Position numbers and translations under genes: made by a program. A model generated the notes under the pieces. It had not been told where the DNA came from and made no database searches. It saw nothing but the letters and a program-made list of their open reading frames with translations. 64,000 nucleotides of DNA from an uncultured Acidobacteriota bacterium (GTDB lineage Bacteria > Actinomycetota > Acidimicrobiia > Spongiisociales > ZC4RG35), in contig CAWGJI010000003.1 in NCBI GenBank assembly GCA_963822895.1, positions 128,379-192,378 on the forward strand. The letters run 5' to 3'. Of this stretch, positions 1 through 10,466 are shown one piece after another. Numbering within the stretch: the first letter of the stretch is position 1; each line of letters opens with the position of its first letter.

Positions 1-1
1 G

Positions 2-274
2 GAGGATGAGCTCTACGACGCCCTCCTCCCTCTGGAAGAGCTGCCGGCCGTGGATCACATCCGACGCGGCGTCGGCGCGCTGACCGCCGTCCAGCTCGCC
101 GTGGGCGAGGACGAGACGCTCCCGGCGCGCGCTGCGACGGCATGCCGCGAGGCCGGAGTGCTCACCCGGGCGATGGGAGGCGGAGCATTACAGGTTTCTC
201 CGCCTTTCATCATGACCCCCGACCAGGTCGCCGAGATGGCGTCGCTGTTCCAAGAGGGTCTCTCCAGTCTGTGA
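2..274 (+). CDS. C-terminal fragment of a class-III (omega) aminotransferase (5' truncated by window edge)
   Basis: ORF 50..274 tail LTRAMGGGALQVSPPFIMTPDQVAEMA resembles the C-terminal end of PLP-dependent class III aminotransferases; reading frame is open to the window start. Confidence 0.45.
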   Translation, partial: EDELYDALLPLEELPAVDHIRRGVGALTAVQLAVGEDETLPARAATACREAGVLTRAMGGGALQVSPPFIMTPDQVAEMASLFQEGLSSL

Positions 275-1539
275 AGCAGGTTCCGCTCTGGGTCGACGAA
301 TGTCCGCGCCCCGAGGGATTGACCAGGACCCTGCCGGGCGAGTGTGACTACCTCATCATCGGATCCGGTCTGACCGGCCTGTCCGCGGCGTTGCGTCTTG
401 CCCGCGCCGGAAGGTCCGTGGTGGTGATCGACGCCGGTGAGATCGCATCGGGTGCGTCCTCCATCAACGGGGGGATGGTGTCACCCGACATCAAGGCTGG
501 GATCCGCCACATCTTCGATCGTTATGGGCCCGAGTTGGGCCGCGAGATGTGGCATGCCACGGTCCGATCCGTCGAGATCGTCTCCGACTTGTGTGACAGC
601 GAAGGGATCGATGCCAGGATCGCCAGGGGTGGCATGGCGGCGCTGGGACGGGGAGAGTCCTCCCGTCTCTCTTTCCAGCAGAGTGTCGAGTGGTACGAGA
701 GCAACCTCGGAGTCGACTGGGAGGTCATTGGCGAGGACCGGATCGGGGAGATCGTCGGCGGTGAGTTCTTCACCACTGCGCTGTTCGAGCCCGAGGGCTT
801 TGGCATCCAGCCGGCGAGGTTCGTCTTCGGTCTCGCAACGACGGCATCCGCGGCGGGCGTTGTTCTCGTGGACAACTGCCACGCCATCTCGGCCGAGGCA
901 CGGAGCCCCGGTTTCGATGTCGAGACGGGGCTGGGAACGATTCGGGCCGGCGAGGTGATACAGGCCACCAACGGCTACACCACTGCCGAGCCCACTCCGA
1001 GCCTGGCCAATCGGGTGGTTTCCATCGGGTCTTACATCATCGTCACGGAGCCGCTAGGCAAGCGCGCCGCCTCGGTGTTCCCATCGGGCTCGATGACGTA
1101 CACCAAGAAAAGGCTGCTCAACTACATGCGAAGAACACCCGACGACCGAATTCTCGTCGGTGGTCGTCGGAACTTGCATCCAGGTCTCGACCTCGAGGAG
1201 TCGGCGGCCGACCTGAGACGACAGATGTTGGGATATTTTCCGGATTTGGAGGATTGCGAGATCACCCATGTCTGGGGTGGACGGCTCGGGGTGCCCTTCG
1301 ATCTCGTCCCACACATGGGCCGGATCGACGGGGTTTGGTACGCGATGGGCTACGGCGGCCACGGCGTGGGACTCTCCACCCTGCTCGGGCACGACCTCGC
1401 CGGAATGCTGCTCGGTGAAGACCCGCCCAGCCCGTTCACCAAGGTCCCGCACCCCACCAGGCTCTACTACAACGGCAACCCGTGGTTCCTCGGCCCGGCT
1501 TCGATCCTGTTTCGCACCCTGGATCGGATCGGAAGATAG
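271..1539 (+). CDS. FAD-dependent oxidoreductase (DadA/PuuB-like amine oxidase family)
   Basis: DYLIIGSGLTGLSAALRLA Rossmann FAD motif, PLW...P N-terminal motif as in gamma-glutamylputrescine oxidases, C-terminal GYGGHG; GTG 271 overlaps upstream stop (GTGA); ATG 142 alternative. Confidence 0.75.
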   Translation: MKQVPLWVDECPRPEGLTRTLPGECDYLIIGSGLTGLSAALRLARAGRSVVVIDAGEIASGASSINGGMVSPDIKAGIRHIFDRYGPELGREMWHATVRSVEIVSDLCDSEGIDARIARGGMAALGRGESSRLSFQQSVEWYESNLGVDWEVIGEDRIGEIVGGEFFTTALFEPEGFGIQPARFVFGLATTASAAGVVLVDNCHAISAEARSPGFDVETGLGTIRAGEVIQATNGYTTAEPTPSLANRVVSIGSYIIVTEPLGKRAASVFPSGSMTYTKKRLLNYMRRTPDDRILVGGRRNLHPGLDLEESAADLRRQMLGYFPDLEDCEITHVWGGRLGVPFDLVPHMGRIDGVWYAMGYGGHGVGLSTLLGHDLAGMLLGEDPPSPFTKVPHPTRLYYNGNPWFLGPASILFRTLDRIGR

Positions 1540-1549
1540 GGTCCCCGGG

Positions 1550-1843
1550 ATGAGCTTTCCCGAGTCCCCGGCATATGCCGAGCCAAGTCAGGCATCCACC
1601 GCCCTCGTCCTCGGCATCCTCGGGGTCATCTGCTGTCAGCCACTCGGAATCGCTGCCTGGGTGATGGCGAACAAGGAGCTCGAAGCCATGCGATCAGGCT
1701 TGCGCAACCCGACCAACGAGGGAACGGCGAACGCAGCGCGCATCCTGGGAATCATCGGAACGGTGCTGCTGGCGGTCGGCGTGATCGCCGGAATCCTGTT
1801 CGTAACAGGTGTGCTGGTGACGCGGGTCGACGTCTTCAGATGA
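1550..1843 (+). CDS. DUF4190-like small membrane protein
   Basis: Short protein with two hydrophobic helices (LVLGILGVICC..., ILGIIGTVLLAVGVIAGILFV); ATGA overlap with next gene. Confidence 0.55.
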   Translation: MSFPESPAYAEPSQASTALVLGILGVICCQPLGIAAWVMANKELEAMRSGLRNPTNEGTANAARILGIIGTVLLAVGVIAGILFVTGVLVTRVDVFR

Positions 1844-2226
1844 CCGCGGCATGGCGCGATCGCATGATCGTGGCCGGGCCGGTCATCGGGATCGCCCTCA
1901 TGGCGATGATGGCCCCCTTCGATCATGGTCCCACCACCTGCCCATTCGCCCTGCTCACCGGGGTGGCCTGTCCCGGATGCGGCATGACGAGGGCGGTTTC
2001 CCACCTGCTACACGGAGACATCGCGACTGCGATCACTCTTCACCCTCTTTCGCCAATGATCCTCGTCATGGGTCTCGGAGCGTGGGTGTGGTATCTGCTG
2101 CGTCGATCCGGGCGGGTGCCCCCAATGGGCCGGCGGGTCGTCAACCTGCTTCTACTGTCGAGTGCCTTCCTGCTCCTGGCAACGTGGGTGGTGCGGGTTG
2201 CGATGGGAACGCTGCCACCGGTTTGA
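1840..2226 (+). CDS. DUF2752-like membrane protein
   Basis: CPFALLTGVACPGCGMTRA motif typical of DUF2752; commonly paired with DUF4190. Confidence 0.6.
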   Translation: MTAAWRDRMIVAGPVIGIALMAMMAPFDHGPTTCPFALLTGVACPGCGMTRAVSHLLHGDIATAITLHPLSPMILVMGLGAWVWYLLRRSGRVPPMGRRVVNLLLLSSAFLLLATWVVRVAMGTLPPV

Positions 2227-3040
2227 TCCGGCGCCGGAAGATCCAGAAGAACACAGCGATCGCCATCGCAGCGAGGCCCATGACAGCGGGAACGGTCCAC
2301 TTCGACCCGGTTAGAAGCGAGACCGTCTCTCCTACCGGCGCCCTCCCGCCACGAGGGTCTGTGATCCAGGACCCGATGCGTAGGAATATCGAAAAGGACA
2401 GGGCCCCGAGGGCAAATCTGGTCAAGAGGCTCCTGATGCCCGCCATCCGATCCTCGGTGGCCATCACGTAGACGGCGCCTGCTCCGAGCATGGTCACGAT
2501 CGCAAGGATGGCGGCAGTGCCCAATCGGGTGGCCAGAGGGGAAGCCGGCCCGACCAGGGCTCTCTGGCTTGGCTGTCGGATGACGATGGGGTCGAGCTGT
2601 GCGATGGCAGCCGCCACCTGAGCGTCCGATGCCGGAACCCCGGCCTCATTGAGCGAAACGGTGATCTCACCCGCCACCGGTGTCAGTACCGATGCGACAT
2701 CCACCACCGATCCGGCAGGATCCGTGGATGCCGCCGCCATGACCGCCTGAGCGACGAGATCGGCGAGGATCGGGGTGAGTGTCGGGCTGGCCATGGCCTC
2801 CTGGGTCGAGGTCGCCGCAGTGGCCCTGTCAACCCCGGAGTCGACCAACTCTGTCTCCAGCCAGCCGGCGAACCTGTCGGCCACCAGCCGGCTGGTCGAC
2901 AGCGGGCTCAGCGAGTTGGCTAGCTCGCTGGTGTCATTGACGACGGCCCGGCCCCACACGCCGATGAGGAGAATCGTGGCGGCGAGCCCAAAGAACCACC
3001 CGGCAACACCGGATGCCAGGGCACTTCGCTTTTCGCTCAA
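2141..3040 (-). CDS. hypothetical integral membrane protein
   Basis: 299-aa ORF with N- and C-terminal hydrophobic segments, Ala-rich; 4-bp overlap with apbC stop. Confidence 0.45.
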   Translation of the reverse strand: MSEKRSALASGVAGWFFGLAATILLIGVWGRAVVNDTSELANSLSPLSTSRLVADRFAGWLETELVDSGVDRATAATSTQEAMASPTLTPILADLVAQAVMAAASTDPAGSVVDVASVLTPVAGEITVSLNEAGVPASDAQVAAAIAQLDPIVIRQPSQRALVGPASPLATRLGTAAILAIVTMLGAGAVYVMATEDRMAGIRSLLTRFALGALSFSIFLRIGSWITDPRGGRAPVGETVSLLTGSKWTVPAVMGLAAMAIAVFFWIFRRRIKPVAAFPSQPAPPTLPGAGRHSTVEAG

Positions 3041-4119
3041 TTGATCACCAGAGCAGGGTTCTTCCGGATCCGCGGCCTCTTCTCGATCACCGCCCGGGCC
3101 AGTTTTTCGAACTCGACCTCGGCCTCTGATCCTGGTGCGGCAACCGCAACGGGGTGACCCTGGTCCGCACCACGCCCCATCGCCGGGAGCAGCGGGATTC
3201 GTGCCAAGAGGTCGACACCCAACTCTTCGGCGAGGGCCTCACCTCCCCCGCTGCCGTACAGCTCATAACGCTTCCCATCGTCTCCGGTGAACCACGACAT
3301 GTTCTCCACCACGCCGATCACCTCTTGATCGACCTCGGCGGCCATGAGCGCGGCGCGTCGTGCCACCCGCTGGGCGGTGGGCTGTGGCGTGGTGACCACC
3401 AAAGCCTGTGCCCTGGGGAGGAACTGGGACATCGAAATGGCGATGTCGCCCGTCCCTGGCGGCATGTCGACTATGAGGAAGTCCAGGTCGTCCCAGAACA
3501 CGTCCTTGAGGAACTGCTCGATGGCCCGATGGAGCATCGGCCCTCGCCAGATGACGGCTTTGTCGTCTCCCACGAAGTAGTCCATCGACATCACCTTCAC
3601 ACCGTGAGCGGTCGGCGGGATGATCGCCTGGCCGATCATGGTGGGCGGCTCGGTCACCCCGAGCATTCGCGGGATGGAGAAGCCCCATATATCACCATCG
3701 ACGATTCCGACCATGTTCCCGGCCCCGGCGAGCGAAACGGCGAGGTTGCAACTCACTGACGATTTGCCGACGCCCCCTTTGCCCGAGGAGATCGCCACGA
3801 CCCGGGCTCTCGACCCGGGCTCACCGATCCCGGCACCGATCTCGTCCTTCAGTCCCTCGATCCACGCTGTCGCTGCCGTCTCGGTCATCAGCTCCACATT
3901 GACGTCGGCACCCCGTCCGTGGGGTCGCAACGCATCCTGAAGACGTTCGTTTAGACGGTCCATCGGGGCCTGGGCAGGCATGAGCAGATCGACCCTGATC
4001 TTTCCCGAGACCTTCTTCTCGACCGATTTGACCAGGCCGAGGGCGCCGAGGGTGCGACCCACGAACTGTGGCGATTCGATGGACGCGACGGCTTCGAGCA
4101 CATCGGTGTTGGATGACAT
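3037..4119 (-). CDS. apbC: Fe-S cluster carrier ATPase Mrp/ApbC (DUF59 N-terminal domain plus ParA-type ATPase)
   Basis: VVAISSGKGGVGKSSVSCNLAVSLA deviant Walker A, CxxC-like CNLAV, N-terminal MIP18/DUF59-like region; start at second Met. Confidence 0.85.
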   Translation of the reverse strand: MSSNTDVLEAVASIESPQFVGRTLGALGLVKSVEKKVSGKIRVDLLMPAQAPMDRLNERLQDALRPHGRGADVNVELMTETAATAWIEGLKDEIGAGIGEPGSRARVVAISSGKGGVGKSSVSCNLAVSLAGAGNMVGIVDGDIWGFSIPRMLGVTEPPTMIGQAIIPPTAHGVKVMSMDYFVGDDKAVIWRGPMLHRAIEQFLKDVFWDDLDFLIVDMPPGTGDIAISMSQFLPRAQALVVTTPQPTAQRVARRAALMAAEVDQEVIGVVENMSWFTGDDGKRYELYGSGGGEALAEELGVDLLARIPLLPAMGRGADQGHPVAVAAPGSEAEVEFEKLARAVIEKRPRIRKNPALVIN

Positions 4120-4186
4120 ATTTCCCCTACGGCGACAGTGGTTAGAAGACCGTCTCAACTATAGTTTTGGGCAGTTGATACCCCTC

Positions 4187-4897
4187 ATGGACACCACGAC
4201 ACTCAACGCACGGATCTCCGATCTCACCTCCTCCCTAGGTGATCCGACCAGACGAGCCATCTACATCGCGGTGCGGGAGTCGGCGGAGCCGCTCACCACC
4301 TCCAACGTGGCCGAGCTCTTCGACATCCACCCCAACGTGGCTCGCCACCATCTGGATCGGCTGGCCGACGACGGCTATCTGGAGGTGAGTCATCGTCGCC
4401 CTTCAGGAAAGGGCGGTCCCGGGGCCGGGCGACCGGCGAAGTGCTATCGGACGACGTCGAAGGAAGTGTCGGTGCACTTCGCCCCTAGGCGCTTCGAGAT
4501 GCTGGTCGAGATGCTGATCAGGATCCTCGACGACATCGCCCCCGACAACCTGTCACTTGTCGCAGAACAAGTCGGTCGCGCATACGGACAGGAGATCGCA
4601 GCCGAGATCGGGGCGCCCGACGAGCCTGGCTACGAGGGTGCGGTGCAAGCCGTCGCCACCGCCATGACGGGTCTTGGCTTCTCCGTCGACCCCGACGCCG
4701 AGGGACAACGTCTCCTCACATCACACTGCCCCTTCGGCGAGGCCGCAACGAATCATCCCGAAGTGATCTGCTCGCTCGATCGGGGCATCGTGGCCGGTCT
4801 CTTCGGTGGTCTCTCCTATCTCTGCGATCCTGTGGTCATCCCCCACACCGACCTGGAAGACGACTGCATCACGAGGGTCCCTGTAACGATCGGCTGA
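4187..4897 (+). CDS. ArsR-type winged-helix transcriptional regulator with Cys-containing C-terminal domain
   Basis: N-terminal wHTH ([10 protein letters not shown]...[27 protein letters not shown]); C-terminal Cys residues (HCPFGE, ICSLD, YLCD, DDCI); divergent from apbC. Confidence 0.6.
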   Translation: MDTTTLNARISDLTSSLGDPTRRAIYIAVRESAEPLTTSNVAELFDIHPNVARHHLDRLADDGYLEVSHRRPSGKGGPGAGRPAKCYRTTSKEVSVHFAPRRFEMLVEMLIRILDDIAPDNLSLVAEQVGRAYGQEIAAEIGAPDEPGYEGAVQAVATAMTGLGFSVDPDAEGQRLLTSHCPFGEAATNHPEVICSLDRGIVAGLFGGLSYLCDPVVIPHTDLEDDCITRVPVTIG

Positions 4898-5051
4898 GAA
4901 GGCAGGCACACCCCGTGCCGGCGAGATCGCGAAATATCGAGCCACTTTGCCGGCCGGCGAAAGGCGGGGCCGGGTAGCGACCCGCTGGGTGCTGGGTGGA
5001 TCACCGGCAGAAGTACCCTTGGTGGAAGACTTCTCAACCGAAAGGCAACCA

Positions 5052-7784
5052 ATGCCTACCGACACATTCGGGTCTCGTGCCACGATCGATACCGCTCTGG
5101 GCCGTCGCCAGATCGCCCGACTCGACGTCATGCCCGGCGCAGACAATCTGCCCTATTCGATCCGGGTCCTCTTGGAGTCGGCACTTCGAAGACTCGATGG
5201 GATCGCGGTCACAGAGGAGGACGTGCGGCGAATCGCCTCTTATGACGCCACCGATGTGGGCGAGCAGGAGATCCCGTTCGTGCCCGGCCGAGTGGTGCTC
5301 CAGGACTTCACCGGGGTTCCTGCCATCGTCGATCTCGCCGCGATGAGGGCGGCAGTGGTGCGGATGACCGGAGATGAGGGTGCTGCCCAGAAGGTGAACC
5401 CTCTGATCCCGGCGGACCTCGTGGTCGACCATTCGGTGCAGGTCGATTCGTTCAACCGGCCCGATGCCCTGATCATCAACTCGCGCAAGGAGTTCGAGAG
5501 AAATCAGGAGCGCTACGAGTTCCTCAAGTGGGGTCAGTCGGCGTTCGCCAACTTCAGCGTGGTCCCGCCGGCCACCGGGATCGTCCATCAAGTCAATCTG
5601 GAGTACCTGGCCAAGGTGGCTTGGGACGACGGAGAGTGGGTCTTTCCCGACAGCCTGGTCGGGACCGACAGCCACACCACGATGATCAATGGCCTCGGTG
5701 TCCTCGGATGGGGTGTGGGCGGCATCGAAGCGGAAGCGGCCATGGTCGGCCAGCCCATCTACATGCTGCTCCCCGAAGTGGTCGGATTCAGGCTCACCGG
5801 CAAGCTACCCGAAGGCTCGACTGCAACAGACCTGGTGCTCCGCGTGACCGAGATGCTCCGAGAGCATGGCGTGGTGGGAAAGTTCGTCGAATTCCACGGG
5901 CCGGGGCTGGCGGACATGCCGATCGCCAATAGGGCCACGATCGCCAACATGGCACCTGAGTACGGCGCCACGGTCGGCTTCTTCCCGGTTGACGACCAGA
6001 CGATCCGCTATCTGCGTCTGACCGGTCGCGACGACAAGCTGATCGACACCGTGGAGCAGTACTACAAGACCCAGGGGATGTGGCGGGACGACAGCCACGA
6101 GATCCAGTACTCGGCCGAGCTCGAGCTGGACATGGGCACCGTCGAGCCCTCGCTGGCAGGTCCCAAGCGCCCCCAGGATCGGATCGCCCTCTCCGGGATG
6201 TCCGCCCAGTGGAAGAGCGACCTGACCAATCTCTTCGGCAAGAACGGGGGATCGAGGTCCTCGACCGTGATCAGCTGGGAGGACGAGGGAGGCTCATCGG
6301 ATGGAGAGGACGTCATGGGCGCCAAGACCGGCGTCCCCGTCGAGTACGAGGGCGCCAGCTTCGAGTTGAACGATGGCGACGTGGTCATCGCCGCCATCAC
6401 CTCGTGCACCAACACTTCCAACCCGGACGTGATGGTGGCCGCCGGCCTCGTCGCCAAGAAGGCTCACGAGCTCGGGCTGGAACGAAAGCCTTGGGTCAAA
6501 TCGTCGCTCGCACCCGGATCGAAGGTGGTCACCGAATACCTGAACTCCGCCGGCTTGCTCGACGATCTCGAATCGCTCGGCTTCTACCTGGTCGGGTACG
6601 GGTGCACGACGTGCATCGGCAACTCGGGCCCGCTGCCGGAGCCAATCTCGGCGGCGATCAATGAGAACGACCTCGTCGCCTCGGCAGTGCTCTCGGGAAA
6701 TCGAAACTTCGAAGGCCGCATATCCCCCGACGTGCGAGCCAACTACCTCGCCTCACCACCTCTCGTCGTGGCCTATGCGATCGCCGGGACGGTCGACTGG
6801 GATCCGGTGGATGATCCCATCGGCCAGGACCGGGATGGGAACGACGTGTACCTGCGGGAGATCTGGCCGTCTCAGGAAGAGATCGCGTCGGTGGTCGCCG
6901 GGAACGTCAACCAGGGCCAGTTCCTCGACAAGTACTCGGACGTCTTCAGCGGGTCGGACGAATGGCGTGCGATCACCACGTCGGGCTCCGACCTCTACGA
7001 ATGGAACGAAGAGTCGACATACATACAGGAGCCGCCCTTCTTCGTGGGGCTGAGCCCTGTGGTGGAGCCGGTCAAGCCCATAACCGGGGCCAGGGCCCTC
7101 GCCAAGTTGGGAGACTCGGTCACCACCGACCACATAAGCCCGGCCGGATCCATCGCCACCGGAACCCCCGCCGGCCAATACCTGATCTCGAAGGGCGTCC
7201 AACCGCCGATGTTCAACTCCTATGGGTCTCGTCGGGGAAACGACCGGGTCATGACCCGGGGCACATTCGCCAATGTGAGAGTTCGTAACCAACTCGCCCC
7301 GGGCACAGAAGGGGGATGGACCACGGACTTCCTCGATGGGACGGTCAAATCCATCTATGACGCAGCTATGCACTACCGCGAGAGCGAGGTGCCCCTCGTC
7401 GTGCTCGGCGGTGTCGACTACGGGATGGGCTCGTCGCGTGACTGGGCAGCCAAGGGGACCTTCCTCCTGGGCGTCAAAGCGGTGATCGCCGCGTCCTTCG
7501 AGCGAATCCATCGCTCCAACCTGGTGATGATGGGTGTGCTGCCCCTCACCTTCAGGCCCGGGGAGGACGCCTCGACCTTGGGTCTCGATGGGACAGAGAC
7601 TTTTGACATCGCCATCGATGACGACCTGACACCGCGTCAGGCGATCGAGGTCACGGCAACGACGACCGCTGGCGACGTCAAGCAATTCGGGACCATCGCC
7701 AGGGTCGACACCCCTATCGAGGTGGAATACCTCCGCAACGGCGGGATCCTCCACTTCGTCCTTCGGAGGATGGCCTCTGGCTGA
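5052..7784 (+). CDS. acnA: aconitate hydratase A
   Basis: Full-length AcnA hallmarks: [50 protein letters not shown]. Confidence 0.92.
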   Translation: MPTDTFGSRATIDTALGRRQIARLDVMPGADNLPYSIRVLLESALRRLDGIAVTEEDVRRIASYDATDVGEQEIPFVPGRVVLQDFTGVPAIVDLAAMRAAVVRMTGDEGAAQKVNPLIPADLVVDHSVQVDSFNRPDALIINSRKEFERNQERYEFLKWGQSAFANFSVVPPATGIVHQVNLEYLAKVAWDDGEWVFPDSLVGTDSHTTMINGLGVLGWGVGGIEAEAAMVGQPIYMLLPEVVGFRLTGKLPEGSTATDLVLRVTEMLREHGVVGKFVEFHGPGLADMPIANRATIANMAPEYGATVGFFPVDDQTIRYLRLTGRDDKLIDTVEQYYKTQGMWRDDSHEIQYSAELELDMGTVEPSLAGPKRPQDRIALSGMSAQWKSDLTNLFGKNGGSRSSTVISWEDEGGSSDGEDVMGAKTGVPVEYEGASFELNDGDVVIAAITSCTNTSNPDVMVAAGLVAKKAHELGLERKPWVKSSLAPGSKVVTEYLNSAGLLDDLESLGFYLVGYGCTTCIGNSGPLPEPISAAINENDLVASAVLSGNRNFEGRISPDVRANYLASPPLVVAYAIAGTVDWDPVDDPIGQDRDGNDVYLREIWPSQEEIASVVAGNVNQGQFLDKYSDVFSGSDEWRAITTSGSDLYEWNEESTYIQEPPFFVGLSPVVEPVKPITGARALAKLGDSVTTDHISPAGSIATGTPAGQYLISKGVQPPMFNSYGSRRGNDRVMTRGTFANVRVRNQLAPGTEGGWTTDFLDGTVKSIYDAAMHYRESEVPLVVLGGVDYGMGSSRDWAAKGTFLLGVKAVIAASFERIHRSNLVMMGVLPLTFRPGEDASTLGLDGTETFDIAIDDDLTPRQAIEVTATTTAGDVKQFGTIARVDTPIEVEYLRNGGILHFVLRRMASG

Positions 7785-7830
7785 GCAGACACCGGACCCG
7801 CTGCCAGGTCGTCGCTTCCTGCTCAGTGGT

Positions 7831-8312
7831 GTGTTCCTGGGCATCATCCTCGTCGGTCTCGCGGTGGCATGGGTCGTCGGAGCCGGTGGGGCCCAGACCG
7901 CCATTGCCGGAAGCCCTGCCCCCGAGTTCACCGTCGATCTATTCGACGGTTCTCGATTCGACCTCGCCCACGCATTTGTCGACAGACGACCGGCCACTGA
8001 TCCTCAACCTGTGGGCATCGTGGTGCTCGCCGTGTCGCGAGGAGATACCCGACCTCTCGGCGTTCGCCGATGCCCATCCCGATTATGCGGTGTTGGGCTG
8101 TGGCGGTGGACGAGCCGCGTGACGACTCTGCGGCCTTCGGCAATCAGCTGGATCCGTCCTATCCCCTCGGCTGGGGGGACGACGCCTTTCGCAATGCTTA
8201 TCAGACCATCGGATTGCCCGGCACCTTCTTCATCGACGAGAAAGGCCAGGTCACCGAGGTATTCAACGGTGTTCTCACACTGGATAAGTTGGAAACCCTC
8301 ACCGCCGGTTGA
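7831..8312 (+). pseudogene. TlpA/ResA-like thiol-disulfide oxidoreductase, disrupted by two frameshifts
   Basis: Thioredoxin-fold sequence is spread over three frames: TM anchor and APEFTVDLFDGS (frame 1), LILNLWASWCSPCREE (frame 2), AVAVDEPRDD...GLPGTFFIDEKGQV (frame 3). Shifts near 7985 and 8090. Confidence 0.55.
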
Positions 8313-9002
8313 TCAGGTCAGCTCGTCGGTTCGCCCCTCGAGAAGCCGCACGTAACCCAGGTTGGGACCGTCGACCAGCTCAGCCCGGATGATCAGCCGC
8401 TGCTTGGCCGAGAACTTCGGGTTGCAGGTGGTGAGGGTCAGCCACCCACCGATCTCGTCCTTCGCCACCCAGACATCCGTCGGTTGCACGACGAATGACG
8501 AGCGCACCTCGTAGACACTGGTGCCGATGGCGGATTCGATCTCGATGTGATCGCCCTCGACGAGCTGGTCGAGATCGAAGAACGGGCGCCCATGGGTGGT
8601 GCGATGGCCAGAGATCACCGCATTCCCCGGCTGTCCGGGCAGCGGAGTGCCGGGCATATGGCCCGGGCCTTGCGCCAGAGTGTCACGGGACACTCCCTGG
8701 AACACGACCACGTCCACGTCGAGCCGCGGGATGCTCAGCCTGGCAAAACCCGACCCCTCCTCGGGCGCGTCCTCCGGGTAGAAGGCCACCGTCGCCTCGG
8801 TGTCGGGCACCTGGAACTCCTGGGTGGGCGCAGGGTTGGCCCTCGCCCTCTCCAGGGTCGTGTCGAGATCGGCCGCCGCCGCCGCCTGAACCCTCGAATT
8901 GAAGAGATCGGTCACGAACAGCTCCCAGCCGAGGTAGCCGAAGATGAGGAGGCTCCCCCAGATGAATGTCCAGCCGAGGATGCGGACCCGTCGCTGCGTC
9001 AT
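8313..9002 (-). CDS. class E-like sortase (transpeptidase)
   Basis: N-terminal TM anchor, catalytic His (VISGHRTTHG), TLTTCNP active-site Cys motif; start at Met 9002 after Arg-rich segment. Confidence 0.75.
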   Translation of the reverse strand: MTQRRVRILGWTFIWGSLLIFGYLGWELFVTDLFNSRVQAAAAADLDTTLERARANPAPTQEFQVPDTEATVAFYPEDAPEEGSGFARLSIPRLDVDVVVFQGVSRDTLAQGPGHMPGTPLPGQPGNAVISGHRTTHGRPFFDLDQLVEGDHIEIESAIGTSVYEVRSSFVVQPTDVWVAKDEIGGWLTLTTCNPKFSAKQRLIIRAELVDGPNLGYVRLLEGRTDELT

Positions 9003-9060
9003 CCGACCGTGCCGTCGGCCACGCCGGTTTGCGCCTCCAACGACATCCTCCGGGGCTCGG

Positions 9061-9831
9061 TCATGACCGTGTCCTCCAATGCGGTGGGCGCTTCTCCTTG
9101 AACGCCGCGATCCCCTCGGCGGCATCCTCGGTCATGGCTGTCACGGTGAGCCCCGCCTGAAGCCGGTCGAGAGCGGTATCGAGATCGAGATCGGCGATCC
9201 CATAGAAGGCATCGCGCCCGATGACCGCCGCGGCCGCACCATGCTGCTTCAGCTTCGAGACGACGTCGGCCACCACGGAATCGAGCTCTGCTCGTGTTAC
9301 CACCCGGGAAACGGCTCCAAGGGCTCTCGCTTCTTCGGGATCGATGATCCGCCCTGTCAGCATCAACTCGAGCGCCGTCTTGCGTGGCATGACCCTGATC
9401 AGGACCGCCGAGATCATCATGGGCCACAGCCCTACGCCGACCTCGGTCATGCCGAGCTTGGCGTCGTCAACGCAAATCGTGATGTCACAGGCGACTGCCA
9501 AGCCGAACCCACCGGCGAGTGCGTGCCCGTTGACCCTGGCGACGGTGGGCTTGCCACCCCCGATCATGACGCGGAATAGATCGGCCAATGCGCCTCGGCC
9601 CCGATGAAGCCCGATGGGATCGTCGACGAACGAGCCGCTGAGATCCCCGCCTGCGCTGAATGCCTTGTCACCGGCTCCCGTGTACACCAGAACCAGAACG
9701 TCTCGATCGGCAAGTGCACTCCTGGTCGCGTCGAGAAGCTCTCTCATCGTCTCCACGGACAGAGGATTTCTCCTCTCGGGGTCGTCGATGGTGATCGTCG
9801 CCACTCCGTCGGCCACTGAATAGTCGACCAT
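9061..9831 (-). CDS. enoyl-CoA hydratase/isomerase (crotonase family)
   Basis: ATITIDDPERRNPLS, AGGDL, ARVNGHALAGGFGLAVACD crotonase motifs. Confidence 0.8.
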   Translation of the reverse strand: MVDYSVADGVATITIDDPERRNPLSVETMRELLDATRSALADRDVLVLVYTGAGDKAFSAGGDLSGSFVDDPIGLHRGRGALADLFRVMIGGGKPTVARVNGHALAGGFGLAVACDITICVDDAKLGMTEVGVGLWPMMISAVLIRVMPRKTALELMLTGRIIDPEEARALGAVSRVVTRAELDSVVADVVSKLKQHGAAAAVIGRDAFYGIADLDLDTALDRLQAGLTVTAMTEDAAEGIAAFKEKRPPHWRTRS

Positions 9832-9875
9832 GCTCCTCTTTCCGGTGTGATGGGCTGGCTATTACCGTCGGCCTC

Positions 9876-10466
9876 ATGCTATGGCTGGCACTCGTATTGT
9901 TCATCGCACTGGCCATGGCGATCTTGCGGGGCGGTCGTCTGGTCAATCTCGGCGACATCGAGCTGCGCTCATGGTGGCTCCTGGTGCTGGCGATCGCCCT
10001 CCAAGGGGGGACCCTTCTCCTCCCCGATCGAGATTGGACAGATGGGTTGGGCCTGGGGATGGTCCTGCTCTCTTTCGTCCTCCTGTTGGGTCTCGTCCTG
10101 CTCAATCGCGACCGGCCGGGGATGTGGCTGGTTGGCATCGGTGTGTTGATGAATCTCACCGTCATATCACTGAACGGTGGGATGCCCGTCCTGTCCGAAG
10201 CGGCCGAGGTGGCCAGCGGCTTCACGATGAGCACCCCTGACCTGACTGGCTCTTTCAAGCACACCATCCTCGACGAGAGCACCCGCATCCCGTTCCTGGC
10301 GGATGTGATCCCGCTCCGACTCGGCGGGCTCGGTCAGGTGATCAGCCTCGGCGACGTCTTCCTCGCAGTCGGTCTCGGCCGCTTCCTCGAGTACGACTTG
10401 AGACGGCCGCGTCGGTATTTCAGACGTGGCGCCCGTGCCCAGCCCGGCTCGGCACGGGAGCCGTGA
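9876..10466 (+). CDS. hypothetical integral membrane protein
   Basis: 4-5 predicted TM helices, no recognisable catalytic motif; abuts HD-domain genes. Confidence 0.45.
   Translation: MLWLALVLFIALAMAILRGGRLVNLGDIELRSWWLLVLAIALQGGTLLLPDRDWTDGLGLGMVLLSFVLLLGLVLLNRDRPGMWLVGIGVLMNLTVISLNGGMPVLSEAAEVASGFTMSTPDLTGSFKHTILDESTRIPFLADVIPLRLGGLGQVISLGDVFLAVGLGRFLEYDLRRPRRYFRRGARAQPGSAREP

Noticed and set aside
6753-7997. 414-aa antisense ORF within acnA (also 5034..5675, 5805..6098, 6062..6457)
   Set aside because: Antisense to a strongly supported aconitase gene; Arg/Gly/Pro-rich composition typical of spurious high-GC ORFs.
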